From the NCBI GenBank assembly GCA_009861545.1, contig VXME01000022.1:18225-82224 (forward strand): a stretch of 64,000 nt of DNA, read 5' to 3'. This DNA is from Acidobacteriota bacterium (GTDB taxonomy: Bacteria; Acidobacteriota; Vicinamibacteria; Vicinamibacterales; UBA8438). The notes under the pieces are model-generated. The model worked only from the letters and a program-made list of their open reading frames with translations. It was not told where the DNA came from and made no database searches. Within the stretch, counting starts at the first letter, position 1. The number at the start of each line of letters is the position of its first letter. The position numbers and the translations under genes are program-made. Of this stretch, positions 35,973 to 45,515 are shown piece after piece.

Positions 35973-36953
35973 ATGACGGTTCTCGTGACCGGCGCGGCCG
36001 GATACATCGGTAGCGTGGTGGCCGAGCGTCTGCTCGAGCACGGGCACGCGGTGGCAGCGCTCGACGACCTCTCGCAGGGGCATCGCGCGGTCGTGCCCGC
36101 GGAGGCCGGGTTTTTCGAGGGCGACCTGCGCGACCGCGCCCGGCTCGCCCAGGTGATGTTGGCCGTGCGACCGGACGCCGTGGCGCACCTGGCGGCGGAG
36201 GCGCTGGTCGGCGAGTCGATGACCGAGCCGGCGAAGTTCTTCGAGGTCAACGTCACCGGAGGACTCAACCTGCTGGACGCGATGCGCGCCGCCGGCGTGC
36301 GCCGTCTCGTCTTTTCGTCGACCGCGGCGGTCTACGGCGAGCCAGAAGAGATTCCGATCCGCGAGGACGCGCCGCTGCGGCCGGTGAATGCCTATGGCGC
36401 CTCGAAGCTGGCGTTCGAGCGGGCGCTGCCGTGGTACGCGTCGGCCTATGGCCTGCGCCACGTTTCTCTCCGTTACTTCAATGCCTGCGGGGCGACGGTG
36501 GAGCGGGGCGAGCACCACGTGCCGGAGACCCACCTGATCGCGATCCTGCTGGAGGTCGCGCTCGGCCTGCGCCCCGAGATCCGGCTATTCGGCAGCGACT
36601 ACGACACGCCGGACGGCACCTGCATCCGCGACTACGTGCACGTCGGCGACATCGCGGACGCGCACCTGCTGGCCCTCGACCGCATCGACCGGATCGAATC
36701 GGGAGCTTTCAATCTCGGCAACGGGGCCGGCTTTTCCAACCGGGAGGTGGTGGAGGCGGCGCGCCGCGTCACCGGCCACCCCATTCCCGCGGTCGCAACC
36801 GAACGGAGGGCCGGAGATCCGGCGCGGTTGGTGGCGAGCGCCGACCAGGCGCGCGAGGTGCTCGACTGGTCGCCGCGCTACCGGACGCTCGACGAGATGA
36901 TCGCGACCGCCTGGGCGTGGCGGGAGGATCGGTTGCACCCGTACGCCGGCTGA
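35973..36953 (+). CDS. galE: UDP-glucose 4-epimerase
   Basis: VLVTGAAGYIGS Rossmann motif, SSTAAVYG, a YGASK catalytic motif and the DYDTPDGTCIRDYVHV motif. Confidence 0.92.
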   Translation: MTVLVTGAAGYIGSVVAERLLEHGHAVAALDDLSQGHRAVVPAEAGFFEGDLRDRARLAQVMLAVRPDAVAHLAAEALVGESMTEPAKFFEVNVTGGLNLLDAMRAAGVRRLVFSSTAAVYGEPEEIPIREDAPLRPVNAYGASKLAFERALPWYASAYGLRHVSLRYFNACGATVERGEHHVPETHLIAILLEVALGLRPEIRLFGSDYDTPDGTCIRDYVHVGDIADAHLLALDRIDRIESGAFNLGNGAGFSNREVVEAARRVTGHPIPAVATERRAGDPARLVASADQAREVLDWSPRYRTLDEMIATAWAWREDRLHPYAG

Positions 36954-36965
36954 CGCCCCGGCCGT

Positions 36966-38264
36966 CTACAGCCAGGCGAACTTGATGGCGAAGAGCAGCG
37001 CCACCGCGATGAGCGTCGGCGAGCACTCGTGCCGGCGGCCCGCCATCACCTTGATCAGCACGTAGGTCAGGAAGCCGAGCCCGATGCCGTCGGCGATGGA
37101 GAACGTCAACGGGATGGCGATGACGGTCATGATCGCGGCCGCGGACTCGGTGACGTCGCTCCAGTCGATGTCCACGAGCGGGCGCGCCATCAGGCACGCC
37201 ACGTAGAGGATCGCCGCCGCCGTCGCGTAGGGCGGGATCGATCCGGCCAGCGGCGCGAAGAACAGGCAGGCGAGGAACAGCAGGGACACGACGACCGCGG
37301 TCAGCCCCGTTCTCCCACCCGCGCTGGCCCCGGCGGCGCTCTCGATGTAGCTCGTCACCGGCGACGTGCCGAGCAGGGCACCCCCCACCGTGCCCGTGGA
37401 GTCGGCGATCAGCGCCGGCTGCATGCGCGGAAGCTGTCCGCGGTTGTCCAGAAGCCGGGCCTGGTGCGCAACGCCGATCAGCGTGCCCGTGGTGTCGAAC
37501 AGATCGACGATCAGGAAGGTGAGAATCACCGCGACCATGCCCGCCTGCAGCGCGCCGGCGATGTCGAGGGCCAGCAGCGTCGGCGTCGGGTCCGGCGGCA
37601 GCGAGGCGATGCCCTGCCACTCGGAGACGCCCAGGACGAGGCCAGCGACGGCGACGCCCAGCATGCCGATGAGCGCGGCCCCCGGCACCCGTCGCGCTGC
37701 AAGGGCCACGATGGCGCAGAAGCCGAGCAGGGACAGCACCGGCCCCGGCGCCAACAGCTCGCCGGCGGTGACCAGTGTCGCCTCGCTGGCCTGGATGATG
37801 CCGGCGTTGCGCAGCGCGATGATGCCCAGGAACAGCCCGATTCCGGCCGCGATGGCCAGCTTCAGGCCCTGCGGGATCGCCTCGATGATCCAGCGTCGCA
37901 CCGGCAGCACGCTCAGGACGAGGAAGAGCACGCCGGCGACGAAGACCGTGCCGAGCGCCACCTCCCAAGAGTGACCCATGCCGAGCACCACGCCGTAGGC
38001 AAAGAACGCGTTGAGCCCCATCCCCGGCGCCAGCGCGATCGGATAGTTGGCGTACAACCCCATGACCAGCGTGCTGAACGCCGCCGCGAGACACGTGGCG
38101 ACGAACACCGCGTCGAACGGCATGCCCGCGTCCGAGAGGATCTGCGGGTTGACGAAGGCGATGTAGGCCATCGTCAGGAACGTCGTCGCGCCCGCCGTCA
38201 CCTCCGTCCGCACGTCGGTGCCGCGCTCCGCCAGTCCGAAGAAGCGTTCGAGAGTTGCAGTCAT
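36966..38264 (-). CDS. NCS2/AzgA-family purine (adenine/guanine/hypoxanthine) permease
   Basis: Starts at ATG 38264 after GAGAGGAA. FFGLAERGTDVRTEVTAGATTFLTMAYIAFVNP is the AzgA/PbuG-type N-terminus. Confidence 0.88.
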   Translation of the reverse strand: MTATLERFFGLAERGTDVRTEVTAGATTFLTMAYIAFVNPQILSDAGMPFDAVFVATCLAAAFSTLVMGLYANYPIALAPGMGLNAFFAYGVVLGMGHSWEVALGTVFVAGVLFLVLSVLPVRRWIIEAIPQGLKLAIAAGIGLFLGIIALRNAGIIQASEATLVTAGELLAPGPVLSLLGFCAIVALAARRVPGAALIGMLGVAVAGLVLGVSEWQGIASLPPDPTPTLLALDIAGALQAGMVAVILTFLIVDLFDTTGTLIGVAHQARLLDNRGQLPRMQPALIADSTGTVGGALLGTSPVTSYIESAAGASAGGRTGLTAVVVSLLFLACLFFAPLAGSIPPYATAAAILYVACLMARPLVDIDWSDVTESAAAIMTVIAIPLTFSIADGIGLGFLTYVLIKVMAGRRHECSPTLIAVALLFAIKFAWL

Positions 38265-38390
38265 TGGTTCCTCTCGTGGATTCCGATGTTCTCGCGGTGC
38301 CACGCGCATCCGCCGTACCCGCCCGCGTCGGCCTCCTGCGCGCCGCGCGGCCGGTTCCGGTTGCTCTGCCGAAGAGTCGCGCGTCCGGAC

Positions 38391-39581
38391 TCACCCGGAG
38401 CAGATCGGGGGCGCGTGGTACTCCAGACCCAGCAGTCGGAAGTAGCTGCCACCCAGGGCGATGTTCCGGAAGGCGTCGTCGTCCAGGTGGCGGTGGATGC
38501 GGCCCGTGACCTCCAGCTCCTCCCGATAGACGTCCAGGTCCTTGTCGCGCGACGCCAGGAAGTCCGTGCCCGGGAGGATCCGCTCCGAGAACGCGTTCAG
38601 GAACGGCACGTACGCCGCCCGACCCTCCGGCGTCGAGAAGTAGGCATCGTCGATCACCCGCCACGCGATGTCCAGCATCAGGTTGGGATGGCGCTCCAGC
38701 ATCGACGTCATCAGGGCGATGTGGCGATGCGGGTCCATGGTGGTCAGCTCCCGCGACAGCCCCATGTGGACCCATACGATCGCGTTGTCGGGATACTGGC
38801 GCAGCACCGCCTCCATCAGCGGAAGGTAGCGGGTCGGCTCGTCGTCGCTTCCGAGATCCGAGTGGATCGCGAGCGGGATGCCGCGCTCGCGCAGCGCTTC
38901 CATGAAGCCGGTCCACCCGGCGATGGCTTCCATGGGGACCGGCTCGTGGCCGTTGTCGTACAGCGCCTGCTTGACCAGGTTGACCTCGCCCATCCAGCGG
39001 AAGAGGCCCGGGTACTCGGCGTCGAAGAGCTCCATCCCGGCAAGAATCGAGTCGGGATCCGCCAGGTCCGGGAACGTCATGGCGAGCGTCAGGTGCAGGC
39101 TGTCCGGCGTCTTCGTGACGACATTGGCGGCGTTGACGAAGTCGTTCTTCAGCGTCGGCGTCACCGGCGTGCCGGGGCAGTCCAGGTAGTAGGTGCAGGA
39201 GGACGACGCCGGCAGCATCTGGCCGATGCCGTAGACGTTGGCGAACAGAACCCCGGTAGCCTCGAAGTACCCCAGAATCTCCTCGAACGGGACGGCGGGC
39301 CCGCCGAACGGCCGGAAGTGGACGTGGGTGTCGACAACCGCGGTGTGGGGCTGTGCGGACCGGTCGTAGCAGGGCGGGTTCTCAGTCCGAAAGGAGTCGA
39401 GCGTCAACTCGGCCGCATTGGCTGGAGCTCCGGGCTGTACAAGTTCACGCGCGCCGGACGCGAGGGTGATGGTTCCCGGCGACGGGCCTGCAATACCGAC
39501 GCCGACCGAGGCAAGGAGGACAGACGCCACGAGCGGCAGGCAACGCGTGAACTGCCGACGGTTGGTCCGGTCAAGACGCAT
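38391..39581 (-). CDS. Exported TIM-barrel metal-dependent hydrolase (Amidohydro_2-like)
   Basis: Signal peptide, VVDTHVHF near the start of the barrel, IHSD and WVHMG motifs. Confidence 0.7.
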   Translation of the reverse strand: MRLDRTNRRQFTRCLPLVASVLLASVGVGIAGPSPGTITLASGARELVQPGAPANAAELTLDSFRTENPPCYDRSAQPHTAVVDTHVHFRPFGGPAVPFEEILGYFEATGVLFANVYGIGQMLPASSSCTYYLDCPGTPVTPTLKNDFVNAANVVTKTPDSLHLTLAMTFPDLADPDSILAGMELFDAEYPGLFRWMGEVNLVKQALYDNGHEPVPMEAIAGWTGFMEALRERGIPLAIHSDLGSDDEPTRYLPLMEAVLRQYPDNAIVWVHMGLSRELTTMDPHRHIALMTSMLERHPNLMLDIAWRVIDDAYFSTPEGRAAYVPFLNAFSERILPGTDFLASRDKDLDVYREELEVTGRIHRHLDDDAFRNIALGGSYFRLLGLEYHAPPICSG

Positions 39582-39884
39582 CGGGCACCCGTGTCCGCTT
39601 CACCCACGCAGAATAGCGTGTTTGCGGCCTCGATCGCCATAACGCCGGCGCGCCGGCCCACCATCCCAACCTCTGGGCTGCGCACGACCGCGTAGGTTCA
39701 CCCATCCGCCAAGCCCGCAGCGAGCATATGACACTTGTCATGTCCTTTCTGTGACGTTTCGCACTAGCGGGGTGATCGGCCTCGTCTGTAGCATCTGCAC
39801 AACATGCAGGCCGGTCGCACAGACAGTAGAGGCGTGCCGGACGGGCCTGGAGTCGTGACGGATGAACGGCATGGAGGTACAGAA

Positions 39885-40397
39885 ATGGCAATCCACGGGA
39901 CTGGAAGGGGTCGTTCCTTGCTTGTGGCGGCCGCAGTCGCCGCAGCGGTCGGGTCCGGTTGCGCCACGATGAACAAGGGCTTCGAGCAGAGGGTGTCCGT
40001 GGCGTCGGATCCTCCGGGAGCGGCGGTCTCCGTCGACGGCGCACCTGCGGGCGAAACGCCCGTGACGGTTTCTCTGGGAAACCGCTGGTGGGGCCAGGGC
40101 GGCCGCGAGGCAGTGATTCGGTTGGAGAAGGATGGTTTCCGCACGTCAGAGATTCGGGTAGAGCCGCAAGTCAGCAGCTGGGTCTGGGGGAACCTCGTGC
40201 TGGCGGCGGTCTCGGGAGCCCTTGCGGCTGCGTACTCGAACGATGCCCGTGACTGGTCTCCCGGGAAGGTGGCCGCCGGCACGCTGCTCTGGACTGTCGG
40301 TGTCGATCTGGTGGGCGGCGCCGGTTTCCGCCTGCCCGGTGCGGTTCGGCCCACGCTTGCGCCGTCACGGTTCCCGGTTGGCGAAGGAGTTCGCTAG
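39885..40397 (+). CDS. PEGA-domain lipoprotein
   Basis: The ATG follows GGAGG. It has the lipobox AAAVGSGC, SDPPGAAVSVDGAPAGETPVTVSL (PEGA) and a C-terminal TM region. Confidence 0.75.
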   Translation: MAIHGTGRGRSLLVAAAVAAAVGSGCATMNKGFEQRVSVASDPPGAAVSVDGAPAGETPVTVSLGNRWWGQGGREAVIRLEKDGFRTSEIRVEPQVSSWVWGNLVLAAVSGALAAAYSNDARDWSPGKVAAGTLLWTVGVDLVGGAGFRLPGAVRPTLAPSRFPVGEGVR

Positions 40398-40508
40398 TTG
40401 GGAAGCTCGAGTCGCGGTTCGACGACGGCGTCGGCTGGAGGGCACACCAATGCGTGACTACGGAGAGTTGGCGCCTCGGTTCGACCTCGACGACGCGGAA
40501 ATCAGGTG

Positions 40509-41672
40509 ATGGCCGGTAGCCTCGGCGATGCGGTCGGCGGAGCAATCTTCGCGCTACACCGGCGCCTACTGCCGGCGACGACCCGCGTGGGCCTGATGCC
40601 GTACCTGTGGCTGTTCTGGCTGATCGGCTTTTTCCTGAAGTGGTTCTTCGTTCCGCTCGAGCCTGTCGAGTTCACGCTCGCGCTGCTCACCATGCCGGTA
40701 TTCCTGGTGCTCTACTTCAACGGATACCGGGGCTCCGGCCAACGCATCCTGCTCAGTATCGTGGGTATTCTGCTCATCGCGATCGTGTGGACGCCGGTGA
40801 ATGTGGGAGCAACGAGCTTCTTCGTCTACGCTGCTGCGTTCGTCGGTCGGGCGGCTCGACCGCCGCGCGCCTACCTCTGGCTCGCGGGCATCGTGCTGCT
40901 CGTGGTCGTAGAGTGGCTGGTGTTCGACCTCGTCAACCTCGTTCCGTGGTTCGGTGGTGCACTCTCGCTGCTGGTCGGCTCGGCGGGTATCCACTCTGGT
41001 GAGCTCGAACGTCAGGACGCAGTGCTGAAGCTGTCGCAGGCCGAGGTGCGCCGGCTCGCGGTCGTCGCGGAACGGGAACGGATTGCACGCGACCTGCATG
41101 ATCTTCTCGGTCACACGCTTTCTCTAATCACCATCAAGGCGGAGCTGGCCGCGAAGCTTATGGCACGTGGGGATCACCGCGCCGAGCAGGAGATTCGTGA
41201 CGTTGAGAACATCTCCCGCGATGCGCTGCGAGAAGTACGTGAGGCGGTGGTCGGATTTCGGCGGGCGGACCTGGACAGCGAACTGGCGAGCGCGAGGCTG
41301 GCTTGTGCGGCGCGCGGTATCGAGCTCACGGTAGACAGGCCGAACCTCGATCTATCGTCGCATTGCGGGGAGGTGCTGGCGATGTGCTTGCGCGAGGCGA
41401 TCACGAACGTCGTTCGCCATTCCGCCGCGCGCCGGTGCCGCGCAAGTCTGGTTCGCGAGGGTCGGTGGATACGCCTTGCTGTCGAGGACGACGGGCGAGG
41501 CGGCACGATCCGCGCGGGTGCCGGCTTGGCCGGTCTGCGCGAACGGGTCGAGTGGGCGGGAGGCCGGGTGACGGTAACGGCAGCCCGTGGCGTGACCCTC
41601 ACGGTTCGCATCCCGGCCGACCCGAAGCATCCGACCGCCGGGCTGCCGACGACGCGGGAGGCAAACGCGTGA
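40509..41672 (+). CDS. DesK/NarX-like sensor histidine kinase (HisKA_3)
   Basis: TM N-terminus, the ERERIARDLHDLLGHTLS H-box and HATPase (AITNVVRHS, GAGLAGLRERV). Confidence 0.88.
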   Translation: MAGSLGDAVGGAIFALHRRLLPATTRVGLMPYLWLFWLIGFFLKWFFVPLEPVEFTLALLTMPVFLVLYFNGYRGSGQRILLSIVGILLIAIVWTPVNVGATSFFVYAAAFVGRAARPPRAYLWLAGIVLLVVVEWLVFDLVNLVPWFGGALSLLVGSAGIHSGELERQDAVLKLSQAEVRRLAVVAERERIARDLHDLLGHTLSLITIKAELAAKLMARGDHRAEQEIRDVENISRDALREVREAVVGFRRADLDSELASARLACAARGIELTVDRPNLDLSSHCGEVLAMCLREAITNVVRHSAARRCRASLVREGRWIRLAVEDDGRGGTIRAGAGLAGLRERVEWAGGRVTVTAARGVTLTVRIPADPKHPTAGLPTTREANA

Positions 41673-42265
41673 TCCGGGTGCTGGTAGCTGAAGATCAGGC
41701 GATGGTGCTGGGGGCGTTGTCGGCGCTGCTCGACCTCGAGGACGATATCGAGGTCGTTGCCCGGGCACAGGACGGGGCCGAGGCCCTGCGGCTGGCCGAA
41801 CGACTGCAGCCGGATCTGGTGATCGCAGACATCGAGATGCCGCAGTTGACCGGGATCGAGCTCGCGGCGCGGCTGGTCGAGCGGGGCATGAAGGTGGTCA
41901 TCGTCACGACCTTCGCCCGCCCCGGTTATCTGCGCCGGGCGTTGGACGCGGGCGTCAGCGGCTACCTGCTCAAGGACGCGCCCGCCGAGGAGCTCGCGCG
42001 GACGGTACGCGAGGTGCTGGCCGGCGGTCGAGCCGTCTCACCGGAAGTGGCTGCCGAGGCATGGTTCGAGACCGATCCGCTCACCGACCGCGAGCGTCAG
42101 GTGCTGCGCCTGGCTGGCGAGGGCATGTCAGGCGCCGGAATCGCGGCGATCCTTCATTTGTCGGAGGGGACCGTCCGGAACTACCTGTCCGAAGCGATCA
42201 GCAAGCTCGGAGCGCGCAACCGCGTTGAAGCCGCTCGCATCGCCCGTCGAAACGGGTGGCTGTGA
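41669..42265 (+). CDS. NarL/LuxR-family response regulator
   Basis: The GTG overlaps the kinase stop (GTGA). VLVAEDQAMV...DIEMPQLTG is the receiver. LTDRERQVLRLAGEGMSGAGIAAILHLSEGTVRNYLS is the LuxR HTH. Confidence 0.9.
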   Translation: MIRVLVAEDQAMVLGALSALLDLEDDIEVVARAQDGAEALRLAERLQPDLVIADIEMPQLTGIELAARLVERGMKVVIVTTFARPGYLRRALDAGVSGYLLKDAPAEELARTVREVLAGGRAVSPEVAAEAWFETDPLTDRERQVLRLAGEGMSGAGIAAILHLSEGTVRNYLSEAISKLGARNRVEAARIARRNGWL

Positions 42266-42388
42266 TGGGCCACGGGGCTCCCGTGTGTCGCCTCGCTGCC
42301 CTGCGGTGGTCAACTACCCGTCAACTGCGGTAAGGATCGTATTTTCAATAGTTTACATGCACAAAGCGTGCGCTCCGACGGTTACCTG

Positions 42389-43873
42389 TCAACTACCGGT
42401 TGGCAGGACGCCGGCCCAGAACGGGACGTACTTTCGCAGCCTCGGGGAAGCGTTTTCGTCGAACGGCTTGATCGCGCCCGCGGCCACGGCCTCGCGGATG
42501 TACCGCGAGACCGTCGCCTTGTTGTTCGTCTTGACGCCGAACCGCTCCCGCAGCGAGGTGTTGGTCAGGAAGTCGCGCGTCACGTACTTCAGGCAGGCGT
42601 GCAGGTAGCAGGCCCGAACTCGTTCCCTGCTGTGCATGTCGGTCAGAGGCGTGCGAGCGAACAGGACCACGCGGGTGGAGCCGGGGGGCACCTCGAAGAG
42701 CGGAGCAGGGAGCTGGTAACGTTCCACCTGTTCCACGACCTTGTCGATTCCGCCGCCTCGTTCCTCGCAGATGTCGAACCGGCGCATGAGCGACGTGAGC
42801 GCCTCGTTCCGCGAAGCCGGTGGGCTGTCGAGGAAGCGCCGAGTGTCCACCAGCGGCTCACCGGGGTTCGTGATCTCGATGCGCCCGTCGAAGATCTCCA
42901 CCATCGGCCCAGCCCCGGTCACGGAGAAGTCCTGGTGCAGCAGCGCGTTGGCGACCAACTCCCGCACCGCCGGCGCGGGGAATTCCGGTATGGTTCGCCG
43001 AAGTGCCTGCCCGATGACCTCGTGCGTGGGCAGCTTGGCGTTGACGTAGTCGATCAGCCCCTCGAAGCCGGAGGCGTAGCCCTTGGTGTGCTCACGCTCT
43101 CCCAGGCCCTCGGTGCGTCCCTTGCCGCGGTACTCGATGACGCGTACTGACTTCCGCTTCAACCGCGGAAAGTCGCCGAGATTCCTGGCAAACAGGATGG
43201 CGCCCAGGTTCGTGACGTCGAAGCCGCCCGCCTCGCAAGGCGCGACAAGACGATCCCGCTGCAGGGCGTCGAGAATGGCGGCGCGGCCGTCAGGGAGCGG
43301 TACGCCGAGAAGGTGGAAATACGCCGGGTAGTCGAGCTGGAGCAGGATCTCCTCGTCCCTGACACGTTGCGCCGCAACGCTGTCCTCGAAGCGCACCTGA
43401 TCGAAGATGCGCCAGAGCGCCCGTTCCTCGGGAAAGTCCTTGAGCTTCTTCTTGTAGCTTCCGACGCGGATGTACTCGTGGCCCGCGAACCGCACCGGAT
43501 GGCGTGCGGCCCGGGCGATCTCCGCCAGAATGACGGGTCCCGCCTCGGTGTCCAGACGGAGAAAACGAAAATCGATCTTCGGATCGAGCAGGCGCAGGAG
43601 CCAGCTCTCCAGCGCCTCGTTGCCCTTCTTCGCAACCGTGGGATCAAAGGCCGTTCCCACGATGGCGTAGTCCGAATCTCGGACGCCCCAGACCAGATAG
43701 GCGGCAGCCTTCCCGACCAGCGCCGCGGAGTTGGCGAGCGCAGAGAGGTACTCACCGATTTCCTGCGGGTCGCCGTAATTCTGCTTGAACTCCAGCCATT
43801 CGGTCTCGCCGGGCAGGGCGCGGAGCTCGTGGAGCAGTCCGTTGAGGTACGCGGATGAGCGCTGACCGTTCAC
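42389..43873 (-). CDS. AlbA_2 (Schlafen-like) + HATPase_c_4 + C-terminal wHTH protein ('putative DNA-binding/ATP-binding regulator')
   Basis: The N-terminus ETEWLEFKQNY...YLSALANS is AlbA_2. The mid region RELVANALLHQDF...ITNPG...RNEALTSLMRRF.ICEERGGGIDK is HATPase_c_4. AT-rich intergenic DNA flanks it on both sides. Confidence 0.8.
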   Translation of the reverse strand: MNGQRSSAYLNGLLHELRALPGETEWLEFKQNYGDPQEIGEYLSALANSAALVGKAAAYLVWGVRDSDYAIVGTAFDPTVAKKGNEALESWLLRLLDPKIDFRFLRLDTEAGPVILAEIARAARHPVRFAGHEYIRVGSYKKKLKDFPEERALWRIFDQVRFEDSVAAQRVRDEEILLQLDYPAYFHLLGVPLPDGRAAILDALQRDRLVAPCEAGGFDVTNLGAILFARNLGDFPRLKRKSVRVIEYRGKGRTEGLGEREHTKGYASGFEGLIDYVNAKLPTHEVIGQALRRTIPEFPAPAVRELVANALLHQDFSVTGAGPMVEIFDGRIEITNPGEPLVDTRRFLDSPPASRNEALTSLMRRFDICEERGGGIDKVVEQVERYQLPAPLFEVPPGSTRVVLFARTPLTDMHSRERVRACYLHACLKYVTRDFLTNTSLRERFGVKTNNKATVSRYIREAVAAGAIKPFDENASPRLRKYVPFWAGVLPTGS

Positions 43874-44126
43874 GTCTCGGTTCCTTCCGCCTCGGCGGTC
43901 CCGCCCGGTGTTGCCTCACGCGCCGGCGTGTCTGATGAGTCTGGTGACGACCCGGCGTCGCGCGCAAGTAGCGCAACAGGTCCCTGGATACGTCGACGTT
44001 CGACGCTATGCGAAAAACTCCAATAACGGTGCCGGCTAGTGCAATTTTGGCGCGAAAAGTCAATAGTGGCGCCCGAGCAAGAGCGAGGATCTCGCGCCAG
44101 CGGCCGCCGGTTCGCGCCGGCGAGTC

Positions 44127-45491
44127 TCACACCTCCGACAGGTGCGCGATGGCCCCGGTGCTGTCGCCGATCGACTCGGCCGGCACGCCCATGTGGTGCA
44201 GCATCGTCAGCAGCAGGTTGGCCATCGGCGTCTCGTCCGGGTAGGTGACGTGGCGTCCGGGCGTGAGGCGGCCGCCGCCGCGGCCGGCCAGCAGCGTCGG
44301 CAGGTCGTGGTGATCGTGCCGGTTGCCGTCCGAGATGCCCCCGCCGTAGACGATCATCGCGTGGTCGAGCAGCGACCCGTCGCCGTCCGCGGCGGTGCGC
44401 AGCTTCTCGACGAAGTAGGCGAACTGTTCGACGTGGAAGCGGTTGATCTGCGTCACCTTCTCGATCTTCACCGGGTCGCCGCGGTGGTGGGTCAGGCCGT
44501 GGTGGGCCTCCGAGATGTCGATCTCGCGATAGACGCGGTTGCTCAGCTCGATGGCATACATCAGGGTGATGACACGGGTCAGGTCCGCCGCGAGGGCGAC
44601 CGTCATCAGGTCGAACATCAGGCGGACGTGCTGGATGAAGTCGCCGGGGAGGCCGGACGCGGGCCGGTCGAGGTCCGGAGGCGCCAGGTCGGCGTCCCGT
44701 TCGCTGCTCGCGATGCGGCGCTCGATCTCGCGCACCGAGAACAGGTACTCGTCCAGCTTGCGCCGATCGGTCGGGCCCAGCGTCCCGCTCAGGCGGCGGG
44801 CGTCCCCCAGCACGACGTCGAGCACGCTGCGGTCGTAGCGCCGCTGCCGGGCGCGGACCGCCGGGTCCCGTTCGACGTCCTCCGCGCCGAACAGGCGCTC
44901 GAAGGCGGCCCGCGGGCTCGCTTCGAGCGGCATCGGCGACGAGGGGGTCCGCCACGAGATGCTGTTGCTGTAGGCGCAGCTATAGCCGCTGTCGCAATTG
45001 CCGCCGAGCAGACCCGGCTCGCAGCCCAGCTCGAGAGACCCGAAGCGCGTCTCGCCGCCGACGTGCGCCGCCGCGATCTGGTCGGCCGAGACCCCCGCCT
45101 GGATGTCGGCGCCGTAGGTCTTCCTCGGGTGGACGCCGGTGAGATAGCTCGCCCCTGCGCGTGCATGGTCGCCGGGACCGTCGCCGAGCGCGCGGCCGCC
45201 ATTGTGCGTAAGCCCGCTCAGTACCGAGATGTCGCTCCGGAAGGGAGTCATCGGCTCCAGCACGCGGGGCAGCGCGACGGGCAGTGGAGCGATGGGACTG
45301 GCGGTTTCCGGGGTCCACTCCGGCATGACGATGCCGTTCGGTACGTAGACGAAGACCATCCGATTCGGCGCCGCGGCGGCGTGCGCGGTGCGGGCGAACG
45401 CCGGCACCATGGCGTCGAGGAACGGCAGCGCCAGCGTGGCGCCGACGCCTCGGAGGACGGTCCGTCGCGGAAGGGATCGTTGCATGGTCAT
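44127..45491 (-). CDS. DUF1552 domain protein (Tat signal)
   Basis: LPRRTVLRGVGATLALPFLDAM and FVYVPNG are the typical DUF1552 N-terminus. It is paired with the upstream DUF1592-family gene. Confidence 0.85.
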   Translation of the reverse strand: MTMQRSLPRRTVLRGVGATLALPFLDAMVPAFARTAHAAAAPNRMVFVYVPNGIVMPEWTPETASPIAPLPVALPRVLEPMTPFRSDISVLSGLTHNGGRALGDGPGDHARAGASYLTGVHPRKTYGADIQAGVSADQIAAAHVGGETRFGSLELGCEPGLLGGNCDSGYSCAYSNSISWRTPSSPMPLEASPRAAFERLFGAEDVERDPAVRARQRRYDRSVLDVVLGDARRLSGTLGPTDRRKLDEYLFSVREIERRIASSERDADLAPPDLDRPASGLPGDFIQHVRLMFDLMTVALAADLTRVITLMYAIELSNRVYREIDISEAHHGLTHHRGDPVKIEKVTQINRFHVEQFAYFVEKLRTAADGDGSLLDHAMIVYGGGISDGNRHDHHDLPTLLAGRGGGRLTPGRHVTYPDETPMANLLLTMLHHMGVPAESIGDSTGAIAHLSEV

Positions 45492-45515
45492 GTTCGCGTC
45501 CTTGCTCGTCCCGCT

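Noticed and set aside
39728-39741. Palindrome ATGACA-CT-TGTCAT upstream of the PEGA lipoprotein gene
   Set aside because: It is a single short site about 145 nt upstream of the start, with no adjacent regulator that it could be tied to. This is too weak to call a feature.
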